Notes: generated by a model from the letters alone, not told the origin. 64,000 nucleotides of DNA from Burkholderiaceae bacterium (GCA_004323695.1 SCRU01000078.1:80-64079), one strand, 5' to 3'; positions 14,063 through 23,842 are shown, numbered from the stretch's first letter. Numbers and translations are program-made.

Positions 14063-14129
14063 CGCCGCCGCTGGGTGGACCTTGGAGCCTGCCGGTGGCG
14101 AAGAGGATTTCGGTTCGCTACCATGATGC

Positions 14130-14342
14130 ATGAACACCGTCATCCTCGAATCCGTCCTGACCTGTCCGCACTGCGGCCATGCAAAGCGGGAAACGATGCC
14201 GACGGACGCCTGCCAGTTCTTCTACGAGTGCGAGAACTGCAAGGCGGTGCTGCGGCCCCGGGCCGGCGATTGCTGCGTCTTTTGCTCCTATGGTTCGGTC
14301 AAGTGCCCGCCCATGCAAGACCAGCACGGGTGCTGCGCCTGA
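14130..14342 (+). CDS. small Cys-rich GDCCVxC-motif metal-binding protein
   Basis: 70 aa with 11 Cys (CPHCGH...CQFFYECENC...GDCCVFCSYGSVKC...HGCC). It matches the GDCCVxC (seleno)protein family pattern from memory; all positions here are Cys. Confidence 0.65.
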   Translation: MNTVILESVLTCPHCGHAKRETMPTDACQFFYECENCKAVLRPRAGDCCVFCSYGSVKCPPMQDQHGCCA

Positions 14343-14384
14343 GCCGCGGCTGCCGGGCGCCGCACCTGGCCTGCGCGCGATTCC

Positions 14385-15620
14385 TCAGTGCCTCGATGCG
14401 GCGTCGTCGCTGCGCGGCGCGGCGCCCCGGGCTCGCTGGTACGCCAGTGCGGCGAGGGACACCAGGCAGAACAGCGCGCCGGCGTAAAACGTCGATGCTG
14501 CGCCCCAGCCCTGCCACAGCACACCGGCCACGGTGCTGGCAACCAGCATGGCCACGCCGCTGGCCAGGTTGAACACGCCGAACGCGGTGCCGCGCAACTC
14601 CGCGGGCGAGGCGTCCGCCACCATGGCCGCCAACAGGCCCTGGGTCATCCCCATGTGCACGCCCCAAAGGGCCACGCCCACAAACAGCGCTGCCCAGCCG
14701 GTGTTGCGGGCCAGGACCAGATCCGCCGCCAGCAGCACGACAATGCCCATGCCCAGCAGCGCAGCGTGCGGGACACGGTCTGACAGCCTGCCGAAGGGAT
14801 AGGCGCAGGCTGCGTAGATCACGTTCATGGCGACCAGCAGCAGCGGCACAAAAGCGATGGGAATGCCGTCCTGCTGGGCCCGAAGGACCAGGAAGGCCTC
14901 GCTGAACCGGGACAGCGTGAACACCGCGCCCAGGCCCACCACCCACCAATAGGCGCGGGGCAGGCGCCGGATCGTGGCGCGGCTGATCGGGTTGCTGCGC
15001 CGTTGCGGGCGCTCGTGTCGCGGTTCGCGCAGCCCAACCACCAACAGCGCCACGGCGAGCCAGCCGGGAACGGCGGCGACCCAGAACACGGCGCGGAAAT
15101 GGTCTGCCCACAACAGCATCAGGGCGACTCCGATCAGCGGGCCGACGAACGCGCCGACGCTGTCCAGAGACTGGCGCAGGCCGAACGCGGCGCCAAGCAG
15201 GTGCTGGGGGGTGATGTCGGCGATCAGCGCGTCCCGCGGCGCGCCGCGGATACCCTTGCCAAAGCGGTCCAGCAGGCGGCCCGTCGCCACCAGGCCCAGG
15301 CCACTGCTGAGCGCGAAAAGCGGTTTGCTGAGTGCCCCCAGCGCATAGCCCAGAACGGCCAGACCCTTGCGCCGGCCCAGGTAGTCGCTCAGCGCCCCTG
15401 AGAACACCTTGACCACGAGCGCGGTCGATTCGGCCAGCCCTTCGAGAAGCCCGACCGCGGCGACGCTGATGCCCAGGGTCGTCACCATGAACATTGGCAG
15501 CAGGCTGTGAATCATCTCGGACGAGACGTCCATCAGCAGGCTGACGAAGCCGAGCGTCCAGACCCCTGCGGGAATCTGGCCGGCGCCGGCGCTGGGCGCG
15601 GTGTGGGATGTTTTGATCAT
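14385..15620 (-). CDS. MFS transporter
   Basis: 411 aa with about 12 hydrophobic segments. GALSDYLGRRKG and DRFGKG loop motifs are typical of MFS proteins. Confidence 0.85.
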   Translation of the reverse strand: MIKTSHTAPSAGAGQIPAGVWTLGFVSLLMDVSSEMIHSLLPMFMVTTLGISVAAVGLLEGLAESTALVVKVFSGALSDYLGRRKGLAVLGYALGALSKPLFALSSGLGLVATGRLLDRFGKGIRGAPRDALIADITPQHLLGAAFGLRQSLDSVGAFVGPLIGVALMLLWADHFRAVFWVAAVPGWLAVALLVVGLREPRHERPQRRSNPISRATIRRLPRAYWWVVGLGAVFTLSRFSEAFLVLRAQQDGIPIAFVPLLLVAMNVIYAACAYPFGRLSDRVPHAALLGMGIVVLLAADLVLARNTGWAALFVGVALWGVHMGMTQGLLAAMVADASPAELRGTAFGVFNLASGVAMLVASTVAGVLWQGWGAASTFYAGALFCLVSLAALAYQRARGAAPRSDDAASRH

Positions 15621-15691
15621 GAAAATCGGTCAGCCGGGTGAGGCGCGGCCATGCCGCCCGCAATTATCGCCATGCGGGCACTGCCGGTCGG

Positions 15692-16108
15692 TTACGAGTC
15701 GCTGGTGGCGCTCCAGCGGTTGTTCCAGCTCCTCTGGATTTTCTGGATGTCGCGCCGGTCGCGCTTGGTGGGGCGCCCATGCTCAATGCTGTGCGCGGGC
15801 TCGCCCGCCATGCGGCGCTGCTCCGCGGCCAGCGCGCGCAGGCGCAGGCTCTCTGCCGTTTCTTCATACAGTTGCTGGGCCACGGGGGCCGGTCCGCGCA
15901 GGCCACTCAAAACCCGAACCACGACGGTGCGGTGGACCGCGCCTTGCCGAAGGGCGACGGTGTCGCCCGGCTTGACCTCGCGCGCCGGCTTGGTGTCCTG
16001 CCCGTTGACCTGGACGCGGCCCTTGCCGACCTCTTCGGCGGCCAGCGAACGCGTCTTGTAAAAGCGCGCGGCCCACAGCCATTTGTCCAGTCGAAGTTTT
16101 TCGCTCAT
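15692..16108 (-). CDS. hslR: ribosome-associated heat shock protein Hsp15 (S4 RNA-binding domain)
   Basis: MSEKLRLDKWLWAARFYKTRSLAAEEVGKGRVQVNGQDTKPAREVKPGDTV is the canonical HslR N-terminus. Confidence 0.85.
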   Translation of the reverse strand: MSEKLRLDKWLWAARFYKTRSLAAEEVGKGRVQVNGQDTKPAREVKPGDTVALRQGAVHRTVVVRVLSGLRGPAPVAQQLYEETAESLRLRALAAEQRRMAGEPAHSIEHGRPTKRDRRDIQKIQRSWNNRWSATSDS

Positions 16109-16175
16109 GCATCGCCATGTTACGGGAGTCCGCGCCGGGCCGCAGCGCGCACCGCCGGCGCGCTAACATCCGCGC

Positions 16176-17744
16176 ATGGACAAAACCGACCTCCGGCCCC
16201 AGGCCGCCGCGGGCGCCGGCCTGCCCGGGCTGCCGCAGGATGGCGACAGCATTTTGCAGCTCGCCGCGCGCTCGATGTTCCATTTGTTCTCCAGCATCAG
16301 CCAGGGCATGTTCCTGGTGGACCGCACGGGGCGCATCGTCTGGGTCAACGAGGGCTACAAGCGCTTTTTCCCGGCGCTCGGCTTGTCGTCGGTCGACCAG
16401 TTTCTCGGCCGCCTGGTCGAGGAGGTGATTCCCAACACGCAGATGCGCCAGGTGCTGGAGACCGGCCAGCCGATTTTGATCGACCTGCTCACCAACAAGG
16501 CCGGCACCTTCGTCGTCAGCCGTATTCCACTGCGCGCGGAGCCGGCGCCCGATGCGCCTCCCGCGTCCGGCATGGTGATGGGCGACGTGATCGGCGCGAT
16601 CGGCATCGTGCTGTTTGACCACCCCGAGACCACGCTGCAGCCGCTCATCAGCAAGTTCGCGATGCTGCAGCGTGACCTGGACGATGCGCGGCGCGAACTC
16701 GCCACGCAGCGGGCCAACCTGCTGCTGCGCCAGACGCCGGACGGCCAGCGCCGCGCCAAGTACACCTTTGCGAGTTTCATCGGCAGCAGTCCGGCGGCGG
16801 TCGATGTCAAGCGTCATGCGCGCCGCGCGGCGCAGTCTTCGAGCCCGGTGTTGCTGCTGGGCGAGACCGGAACCGGCAAGGAGCTGCTGGCGCACGCGAT
16901 CCACACGGCATCGGCACGCGCGAACGGGCCGTTCGTCAGCCTGAACATCGCGGCCGTGCCCGACACGCTGCTGGAGGCCGAGTTTTTCGGGGTTGCGCCC
17001 GGCGCATTTACCGGCGCCGACCGCAAGGGGCGCGCGGGCAAGTTCAAGCTGGCCGACGGCGGCACGCTGTTCCTGGACGAGATCGGCGACATGCCGATGG
17101 GCCTGCAGGCCAAGCTGCTGCGGGCGTTGCAGGAGGGAGAAATCGAGCCGCTGGGCTCCAACCAGCTGGTGGCATTCGACGCGCGCGTGATTGCCGCCAC
17201 TTCGCGCGACCTCGCGGCGCTGGTGCAGAGCGGGCGTTTTCGCGAAGACCTGTATTACCGGCTCAATGTGCTGCCGCTGCGCGTGCCGCCGCTGCGCGAG
17301 CGCCGCAGCGACATCCCGGCGCTGATCGAGGCGCTGGGCGAGGACATGGCGCAGCGCAGCGGCGAGCCGCCGCCCGAGCTGATGCCCGATGCGCTGGCGC
17401 TGCTGGCCGCGCAGCACTGGCGCGGCAACACGCGCGAACTGCGCAATGTGCTGGAGCAGATGGCCATGCGCAGCGACCTGGCGCGCATCGACGCCCAGGA
17501 GGTGCTGCGCGTGCTGGCCGAAACCGGGCTGGAGCAGATCGCGGCACCGGAGCCAGTGCCGCCGGCGGGCCCGGGCGCGGATGACGCCGGCCTGCTGCGG
17601 CCGCTGCCCGCGCAAATTGCGGAGCTGGAACGCCGCGCGATTGCCGCCGCGCTGGCCTCCACCGGCGGCAACAAGCTGGCAACGGCCCGGCTGCTCGGCA
17701 TTTCGCGTGCGACACTCTATGAACGTCTGGAAAACCCTGTCTGA
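16176..17744 (+). CDS. sigma-54-dependent Fis-family transcriptional activator with an N-terminal PAS sensor
   Basis: PAS-like N-terminus; AAA+ domain with Walker A GETGTGKE, the GAFTGA motif and an [10 protein letters not shown] segment; C-terminal Fis HTH ([20 protein letters not shown]). Confidence 0.9.
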   Translation: MDKTDLRPQAAAGAGLPGLPQDGDSILQLAARSMFHLFSSISQGMFLVDRTGRIVWVNEGYKRFFPALGLSSVDQFLGRLVEEVIPNTQMRQVLETGQPILIDLLTNKAGTFVVSRIPLRAEPAPDAPPASGMVMGDVIGAIGIVLFDHPETTLQPLISKFAMLQRDLDDARRELATQRANLLLRQTPDGQRRAKYTFASFIGSSPAAVDVKRHARRAAQSSSPVLLLGETGTGKELLAHAIHTASARANGPFVSLNIAAVPDTLLEAEFFGVAPGAFTGADRKGRAGKFKLADGGTLFLDEIGDMPMGLQAKLLRALQEGEIEPLGSNQLVAFDARVIAATSRDLAALVQSGRFREDLYYRLNVLPLRVPPLRERRSDIPALIEALGEDMAQRSGEPPPELMPDALALLAAQHWRGNTRELRNVLEQMAMRSDLARIDAQEVLRVLAETGLEQIAAPEPVPPAGPGADDAGLLRPLPAQIAELERRAIAAALASTGGNKLATARLLGISRATLYERLENPV

Positions 17745-17847
17745 GATTCAGGCGAATGTCTGAATTAAAAACAAAACAATTGTCTGGGAATTGGCTTGTC
17801 ACGGGTGTCAACGAAGAAAATGTCTTTGAAATCAAGTCTTTGCGCAT

Positions 17848-17863
17848 TGGCATGAACTGTGCA
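17848..17863 (+). promoter_or_regulatory. sigma-54 (-24/-12) promoter candidate for the ABC operon
   Basis: TGGCATGAACTGTGCA matches TGGCAC-N5-TTGCA with correct GG/GC spacing. It lies 42 nt upstream of the SBP ATG and directly downstream of a sigma-54 activator gene. Confidence 0.65.
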
Positions 17864-17904
17864 ATATTCGATCATTCAAGCCATCACTTTCAGGAGAGCC
17901 CAGC

Positions 17905-19092
17905 ATGCAACGTCGTCAATTTGTCGCTACCGCCGCACTCACCGCCCTGGCCAGCAACACGCCGGTATGGGCCCAGTCCAGGGAGATCCGGGTCTGCCAC
18001 GTGCACAGCATGACCGGGCCGCTGGAAGCTTACGGCAAGCAGACGCAGACCGGACTGATGCTGGGGTTGAACTATGCAACCGGCGGCACGATGACGCTGG
18101 ACGGCAAGAAGATCGTCGTGATCGAGAAGGACGATCAGGGCAAGCCCGATCTGGGCAAGTCGCTGCTGGCGAGTGGCTATGCCGATGACAAATGCGACCT
18201 GGCGGTCGGCCCGACCTCGTCGGCGGTCGCGCTGGCGATGTTGCCGGTGGCCGAGGAATACAAGAAGATCCTGATCGTCGAGCCGGCAGTCGCCGATTCG
18301 ATCACGGGCGACAAGTGGAACAAGTACATCTTCCGCACCGCGCGCAACAGCTCGCAGGACGCCATCTCCAATGCGGTGGCGCTGGACAAGCCCAACACCT
18401 ACATCGCGACGCTGGCGCAGGACTACGCGTTTGGCCGTGATGGCGTGAAGGCGTTCAAGGCCGCGCTGCACCAGGCCAAGCTGGTGCACGAGGAGTACCT
18501 GCCGGCCAACACCACGGATTTCACCGCCGGTGCGCAGCGCCTGATCGACAGCCTCAAGGACAAGCCGGGCCGCAAGGTGATCTGGATCATCTGGGCGGGT
18601 GCCGGCAACCCGTTCAAGATCGCCGATCTGGATCTCAAGCGCTACGGCATCGAGATCTCGACCGGCGGCAACATCCTGCCGGCGATGGTGGCCTACAAGA
18701 AGTTCCCCGGCATGGAAGGTGCCACGTACTACTACTATGGCCTGCCCAAGAACCCGGTGAACGACTGGCTCGTGGCCGAGCACTACAAGGAGTTCAAGGC
18801 CCCGCCGGACTTCTTCACGTGCGGCGGCTTCGCGGCCGCAATGGCGATTGTCACGGCGCTCAAGAAGACCGGCGGCGACACCAGCACGAACAAGCTGATC
18901 CAGACCATGGAAGGCATGAGCTTCGAGACGCCCAAGGGCAAGATGACGTTCCGCAAGGAAGATCACCAGGCGATGCAGAACATGTACGAGTTCCGGATCA
19001 AGGACGACCCGGCGTTTGCCTGGGGCGTGCCCGAACTGGTGCGCGTGATCACGCCGGCCGAGATGGACGTGCCGATCCTGAACCACAGGTAA
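17905..19092 (+). CDS. ABC transporter substrate-binding protein (type I PBP, Liv/amide family)
   Basis: Signal peptide MQRRQFVATAALTALASNTPVWAQ with an AGGAGA RBS. It has a LivK-like fold pattern and is followed by ATPase and permease genes. Confidence 0.85.
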   Translation: MQRRQFVATAALTALASNTPVWAQSREIRVCHVHSMTGPLEAYGKQTQTGLMLGLNYATGGTMTLDGKKIVVIEKDDQGKPDLGKSLLASGYADDKCDLAVGPTSSAVALAMLPVAEEYKKILIVEPAVADSITGDKWNKYIFRTARNSSQDAISNAVALDKPNTYIATLAQDYAFGRDGVKAFKAALHQAKLVHEEYLPANTTDFTAGAQRLIDSLKDKPGRKVIWIIWAGAGNPFKIADLDLKRYGIEISTGGNILPAMVAYKKFPGMEGATYYYYGLPKNPVNDWLVAEHYKEFKAPPDFFTCGGFAAAMAIVTALKKTGGDTSTNKLIQTMEGMSFETPKGKMTFRKEDHQAMQNMYEFRIKDDPAFAWGVPELVRVITPAEMDVPILNHR

Positions 19093-19250
19093 CGCCGAGG
19101 TGCTCGGCTACTGCGCAGTCCGATGGCGGCGTTGCGCGGTACTCGCAATCCTCATGGACCGAAGTCCATTCCGGTTGCTGTGTTCCGTGCGCCTTGCCCT
19201 CGAACTGCTCGCGACGTCGCTCCCCTCGGCGTGGTTACCTTCGTATCTCC

Positions 19251-20012
19251 ATGCTTGAAACAAAGAACCTGACCATCCGCTTTGGCGGCCATGTCGCGGT
19301 CAACGATGTCACGTGCAGCTTTGCGCCGGGCACGCTGACGGCGATCGTGGGGCCGAACGGGGCCGGCAAGACGACCTATTTCAACCTGATCTCGGGGCAG
19401 CTCAAGGCCAGCGCCGGCACGGTGTCACTGGACGGACATTTGCTCTCGGGGTCGCCCTCGACGCGCACGCATGCCGGCCTGGGTCGCGCGTTCCAGCTCA
19501 CCAACCTGTTCCCGAACCTCACGGTGCTGGAGAACGTGCGGCTCGCGGTGCAGGCCACCCGCGCCGGTGCGCACCGGCACGGCATGAACCTGTGGAGTAT
19601 CTGGAGCGACCATACCGCGCTGACCGGGCGTGCCGATGAACTGCTCGCGCAGGTCAAGCTGCAGGAGAAGGAGCACGCGAGCGTGGCGAGCCTGCCGCAT
19701 GGCGATCAGCGCAAACTCGAGGTGGCGCTCCTGATGGCGCTGGAGCCCAAGGTCTTCATGTTCGACGAGCCCACGGCCGGCATGAATGCGGCCGAGGTGC
19801 CCGTGATCCTCGACCTGATCCGCAACCTGAAGGCCGACCCCAGCAAGACCATCTTGCTGGTCGAGCACAAGATGGACGTCGTGCGCGAACTGGCCGACCG
19901 CATCATCGTGCTGCACAACGGGCAACTGGTGGCCGACGGTGAGCCGGCCGCCGTGATCGCCTCGCCGTTGGTCCAGGAAGCTTACCTGGGTGTGGCGAAG
20001 GGGGCGGCATGA
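19251..20012 (+). CDS. ABC transporter ATP-binding protein (LivG-like)
   Basis: MLETKNLTIRFGG..., Walker A GPNGAGKTT, signature LPHGDQRKLE, Walker B VFMFDEP. The upstream part of track ORF 18819.. was rejected. Confidence 0.9.
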   Translation: MLETKNLTIRFGGHVAVNDVTCSFAPGTLTAIVGPNGAGKTTYFNLISGQLKASAGTVSLDGHLLSGSPSTRTHAGLGRAFQLTNLFPNLTVLENVRLAVQATRAGAHRHGMNLWSIWSDHTALTGRADELLAQVKLQEKEHASVASLPHGDQRKLEVALLMALEPKVFMFDEPTAGMNAAEVPVILDLIRNLKADPSKTILLVEHKMDVVRELADRIIVLHNGQLVADGEPAAVIASPLVQEAYLGVAKGAA

Positions 20013-20073
20013 GCGCCGCGCCGGGCCGCCCCAGGCAGGTTCGCACCGCTGCGCGCAGCGCGGAGGCATTCCC

Positions 20074-20799
20074 GTGAGCAACATTCTGCTGACGCTCGAA
20101 GCGGTGCACACGCACATCGGCGCGTATCACATCCTGCACGGCGTGGACCTTTTGGTTCCGCGCGGCCAACTCACCATGCTGCTGGGGCGCAACGGCGCCG
20201 GCAAGACGACCACGCTGCGCACCATCATGGGCCTGTGGCACGCATCGCAGGGCCGGGTGCGCTTTGGCGAGCGCGACATCAGCGCGCTGCACACGCCGCA
20301 GATCGCGCAGCTCGGCATCGCCTACGTGCCCGAAAACATGGGCATCTTCTCGGACCTCACGGTGAAGGAGAACATGCTGCTGGCGGCGCGCGGCGCCACG
20401 AACGCGGCCCAGATGGACGACAAGCGGCTGCAATGGATCTTCAAGCTCTTTCCCGCGGTCGAGAAGTTCTGGAACCATCCCGCGGGCAAGCTGTCGGGCG
20501 GGCAAAAGCAGATGCTCGCGGTGGCGCGCGCCATTGTCGAGCCGCGCGAGTTGCTAATCGTGGACGAGCCGAGCAAGGGCCTGGCGCCGGCCATCATCAA
20601 CAACATGATCGACGCGTTTGCCGAGCTCAAGGCGAGCGGCGTCACCATTTTGCTGGTCGAGCAAAACCTGAACTTCGCGCAGCGCCTGGGCGATACGGTC
20701 GCCGTGATGGACAACGGGCGCGTGGTGCACAGCGGTGGCATGGCGGCGTTCGCAAGTGACGCGGCCTTGCAGCAGTCGCTGCTGGGGCTGGCATTGTGA
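20074..20799 (+). CDS. ABC transporter ATP-binding protein (LivF-like)
   Basis: GTG start at 20074 preceded by GGAGG (20062-20066). Walker A GRNGAGKTT, signature LSGGQKQML, Walker B LLIVDEPS. Confidence 0.85.
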   Translation: MSNILLTLEAVHTHIGAYHILHGVDLLVPRGQLTMLLGRNGAGKTTTLRTIMGLWHASQGRVRFGERDISALHTPQIAQLGIAYVPENMGIFSDLTVKENMLLAARGATNAAQMDDKRLQWIFKLFPAVEKFWNHPAGKLSGGQKQMLAVARAIVEPRELLIVDEPSKGLAPAIINNMIDAFAELKASGVTILLVEQNLNFAQRLGDTVAVMDNGRVVHSGGMAAFASDAALQQSLLGLAL

Positions 20800-20890
20800 A
20801 AAATATTGAACAAAAAGTGGCCCAAGCCGGTATGGTATATGGGAAATTAGCTATCAACAATAGAGCATTCAGGTGTGCGGGAGACGCCGC

Positions 20891-21874
20891 ATGAAGGCGC
20901 TGGACTTCGACTGGAAGCCTCTTTTGCTGGTGCCCGTGCTGGCACTCGTCGCCCTCCCGCTGACCGGCTCATTCTCGACGTGGGTCACGCTCACCGTGGC
21001 GGGGCTGGCCATGGGCATGATCATCTTCGTGATCGCCTCGGGCCTGACGCTGATCTTCGGCCTGATGGACGTGCTCAACTTCGGCCACGGCGTGTTCATC
21101 GCGCTGGGTGCGTTTGTCGCGAGCAGCGTGCTGGGCCTGATGAGCGACTGGACCGGTTCGGGTGAGCTCTGGCGCAACCTGGCCGCGGTGTTCCCGGCCA
21201 TGCTGGTGGCCATGGCGGTGGCGGGCGGGGTCGGCCTGGCGTTCGAGCGCTTCATCGTGCGGCCCGTCTATGGCCAGCATTTGAAGCAGATCCTCGTGAC
21301 GATGGGCGGCATGGTCATCGGCGAGGAACTCATCAAGGTCATCTGGGGTCCCGAGCAGATACCGCTGCCGCTGCCGCAGGCGCTGAATGGCTCGATCCTG
21401 GTGGCCAACGCGGTGATCAGCAAGTACCGGATTCTCGCACTCGTGGTCGGCGTGCTGGTGTTCGGCGCGCTGGCCTGGACGCTGGGCCGCACCAAGATCG
21501 GCCTGTTGATCCGCGCCGGCGTGCAGGACCGCGAGATGGTCGAGTCGCTGGGGTATCGCATCGGGCGGCTGTTCGTCGGCGTTTTTGTGGTGGGCAGCGC
21601 GCTGGCGGGCCTGGGTGGAGTGATGTGGGGGCTGTTCCAGCAGAACCTGGTGCCGCAGATGGGCTCCCAGGTGCTGGTGCTGACCTTCATCGTGATCATC
21701 ATCGGCGGCCTGGGCTCGACCGGTGGCGCGCTCATCGGTGCGCTGCTGGTAGGCCTGATGAACAACTACGTGGGCTTCCTGTTGCCCACGCTCACGCAGT
21801 TCGCAACTATTTTTCTGATGGTGGTGGTACTGCTGTGGCGTCCGCAGGGCGTCTATGCCGTGACCAGCCGCTGA
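20891..21874 (+). CDS. branched-chain-type ABC permease (LivH-like)
   Basis: MKALDFDWKPLLLVPVLAL..., a multi-TM protein. The GLTLIFGLMDVLNFGHGVF motif is typical of LivH. Confidence 0.85.
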   Translation: MKALDFDWKPLLLVPVLALVALPLTGSFSTWVTLTVAGLAMGMIIFVIASGLTLIFGLMDVLNFGHGVFIALGAFVASSVLGLMSDWTGSGELWRNLAAVFPAMLVAMAVAGGVGLAFERFIVRPVYGQHLKQILVTMGGMVIGEELIKVIWGPEQIPLPLPQALNGSILVANAVISKYRILALVVGVLVFGALAWTLGRTKIGLLIRAGVQDREMVESLGYRIGRLFVGVFVVGSALAGLGGVMWGLFQQNLVPQMGSQVLVLTFIVIIIGGLGSTGGALIGALLVGLMNNYVGFLLPTLTQFATIFLMVVVLLWRPQGVYAVTSR

Positions 21875-21887
21875 CCGGGTGTCTCCG

Positions 21888-22976
21888 ATGTTGCAACGTC
21901 TCCTGTCCAATGACCTGCCGCGCAGCCGCATCCTCGCGGTGCTGCTGGTCGCGCTGCTGCTGGCCCTGGCCTTTGCGCCGTTCATCTTTCCCGGCGTGAA
22001 GGCGCTGAGCGTGGCGGCCAAGGTGCTGGTGTTCATCGTGCTGGTGGCGAGCTTCGATTTGCTGCTGGGCTACACCGGCATCGTGAGCTTTGCCCACACC
22101 ATGTTCTTCGGTATTGGCGCCTACGGCATTGCGATCTCGGCGACCCGGCTCGGGCCCGGTTGGGGCGCGGTGCTGGCCGGGCTCGCGGCCGCGCTCGCGC
22201 TGTCGCTGGTGCTGTCGCTCGTCATCGGGCTGTTCTCGCTGCGCGTGCGCGCCATCTTCTTCGCCATGATCACGCTGGCGGTGGCCTCGGCGTTCCAGTC
22301 GCTCGCCTCGCAGCTGTACGACTTCACGGGCGGCGAGGATGGCCTGACCTTCCGGCTGCCGCAAGTCATCTCGCCGGGCTTCGAGTGGCGCGACACACCG
22401 TTTCTGGGCGTCTCGCTCGATGGCCGGCTTCTGTGCTACTACCTGGTGTTCGTGGCGGCACTGGTCTTGCTGCTCGCGCTGCTGCGCATCGTGAATTCAC
22501 CGTTCGGGCGCGTGCTGCAGGCGATCCGCGAGAACGAGTTCCGCGCCGAGGCGATCGGCTATCGCGTGGTGGTGTACCGCACTGCCTCCAGTATCCTGTC
22601 GGCGCTGTTCGCCACGTTGGCCGGCGCGCTGCTCGCGATCTGGCTGCGCTACAACGGACCGGACACGTCGCTCTCTTTCGAGATCATGGTCGATGTGCTG
22701 CTGATCGTGGTGATTGGCGGCATGGGCACGATCTACGGCGCGGCCATCGGCGCGGCGCTGTTCCTGGTGGCGCAAAGCTATCTGCAGGACCTGCTCAAGC
22801 TCGCCGGGCAGGCCGTGAGCGCTCTGCCGTGGCTTGCGGCGCTGCTCTCGCCCGATCGCTGGCTGCTGTGGCTGGGTGTGTTGTTCGTGCTCTCGGTCTA
22901 TTTCTTTCCGAGCGGCATCGTCGGGCGGCTGCGCTCGGGCGCGCCGCAGGGGAAAAAATCAAAGGTTCCCACATGA
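21888..22976 (+). CDS. branched-chain-type ABC permease (LivM-like)
   Basis: Multi-TM protein with the LLLGYTGIVSFAHTMFFGIGAYG motif. ATG 21888 was chosen; GTG 21879 is possible. Confidence 0.85.
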   Translation: MLQRLLSNDLPRSRILAVLLVALLLALAFAPFIFPGVKALSVAAKVLVFIVLVASFDLLLGYTGIVSFAHTMFFGIGAYGIAISATRLGPGWGAVLAGLAAALALSLVLSLVIGLFSLRVRAIFFAMITLAVASAFQSLASQLYDFTGGEDGLTFRLPQVISPGFEWRDTPFLGVSLDGRLLCYYLVFVAALVLLLALLRIVNSPFGRVLQAIRENEFRAEAIGYRVVVYRTASSILSALFATLAGALLAIWLRYNGPDTSLSFEIMVDVLLIVVIGGMGTIYGAAIGAALFLVAQSYLQDLLKLAGQAVSALPWLAALLSPDRWLLWLGVLFVLSVYFFPSGIVGRLRSGAPQGKKSKVPT

Positions 22977-23842
22977 CGTCGTTCACTTCCGAGTACCTGA
23001 CCTGCGCCGGGCGCGAAATCCACTACACCGACTGGGGCGCCGCGGACGCGCCGGTCGTGATCGCCTGGCATGGTCTGGCGCGCACCGGGCGCGACATGGA
23101 CGAGCTGGCCGCGCATTTGAGCTCCCGCTACCGCGTGATCTGCCCGGACACGATAGGGCGCGGCCTGAGCCAGTGGAGCCCCGATCCGAAGCAGGAGTAT
23201 TGCCTGGCGTTCTACGCGCGCATCGCGGCCGATCTGGTGGCGCAACTGGGCATCACCCGGGCGCACTGGGTCGGCACCTCGATGGGGGGCGCCATCGGCT
23301 TGGTGTGCGCGTCGGGCCTGTACCAGCCCGCGCTCAAGGGCTGCATCCAGAGCCTGGTGTTGAACGACACGGCGCCGCAAGTGGCCGATGCGGCCATTGA
23401 GCGCATCAAGTCCTATGCGGGCAATCCGCCGGCCTTCGCGACCGTGCGCGAACTCGAAGCCTTCTTCCGGCAGGTGTACAAACCCTACGGCTGGCTCAGT
23501 GAAGGCCAGTGGCGCCGCCTGACCGAGACTTCGACGCGGCGCCTGCGCGACGGCCGCGTCACGCCGCACTACGATCCGGCCATGGTGCAGCAGTTCACCC
23601 ACTACCCGAACGACTATCTTGTCTGGGATCACTACGACGCCATCGATGTTCCGGTGCTGTGCCTGCGCGGCGCCGAGTCCGACCTGGTTCTGCGCGAGAC
23701 GACCGCTCAAATGATGAAGCGTGGCCCCGGGCTGCGCGGCCTGACGCGAATCGTGGAAGTGCCCGGTTGCGGCCACGCCCCTGCGCTGAACGTGCCCGCG
23801 CATCTGGACCTTGTGACGGCCTTTATTGACGCCGCCGTTTGA
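22973..23842 (+). CDS. alpha/beta-fold hydrolase, translationally coupled to the ABC operon
   Basis: The ATG overlaps the LivM stop (ATGA). HG oxyanion motif (IAWHGLARTG), nucleophile elbow GTSMGG, C-terminal GCGHAP. Confidence 0.8.
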   Translation: MTSFTSEYLTCAGREIHYTDWGAADAPVVIAWHGLARTGRDMDELAAHLSSRYRVICPDTIGRGLSQWSPDPKQEYCLAFYARIAADLVAQLGITRAHWVGTSMGGAIGLVCASGLYQPALKGCIQSLVLNDTAPQVADAAIERIKSYAGNPPAFATVRELEAFFRQVYKPYGWLSEGQWRRLTETSTRRLRDGRVTPHYDPAMVQQFTHYPNDYLVWDHYDAIDVPVLCLRGAESDLVLRETTAQMMKRGPGLRGLTRIVEVPGCGHAPALNVPAHLDLVTAFIDAAV

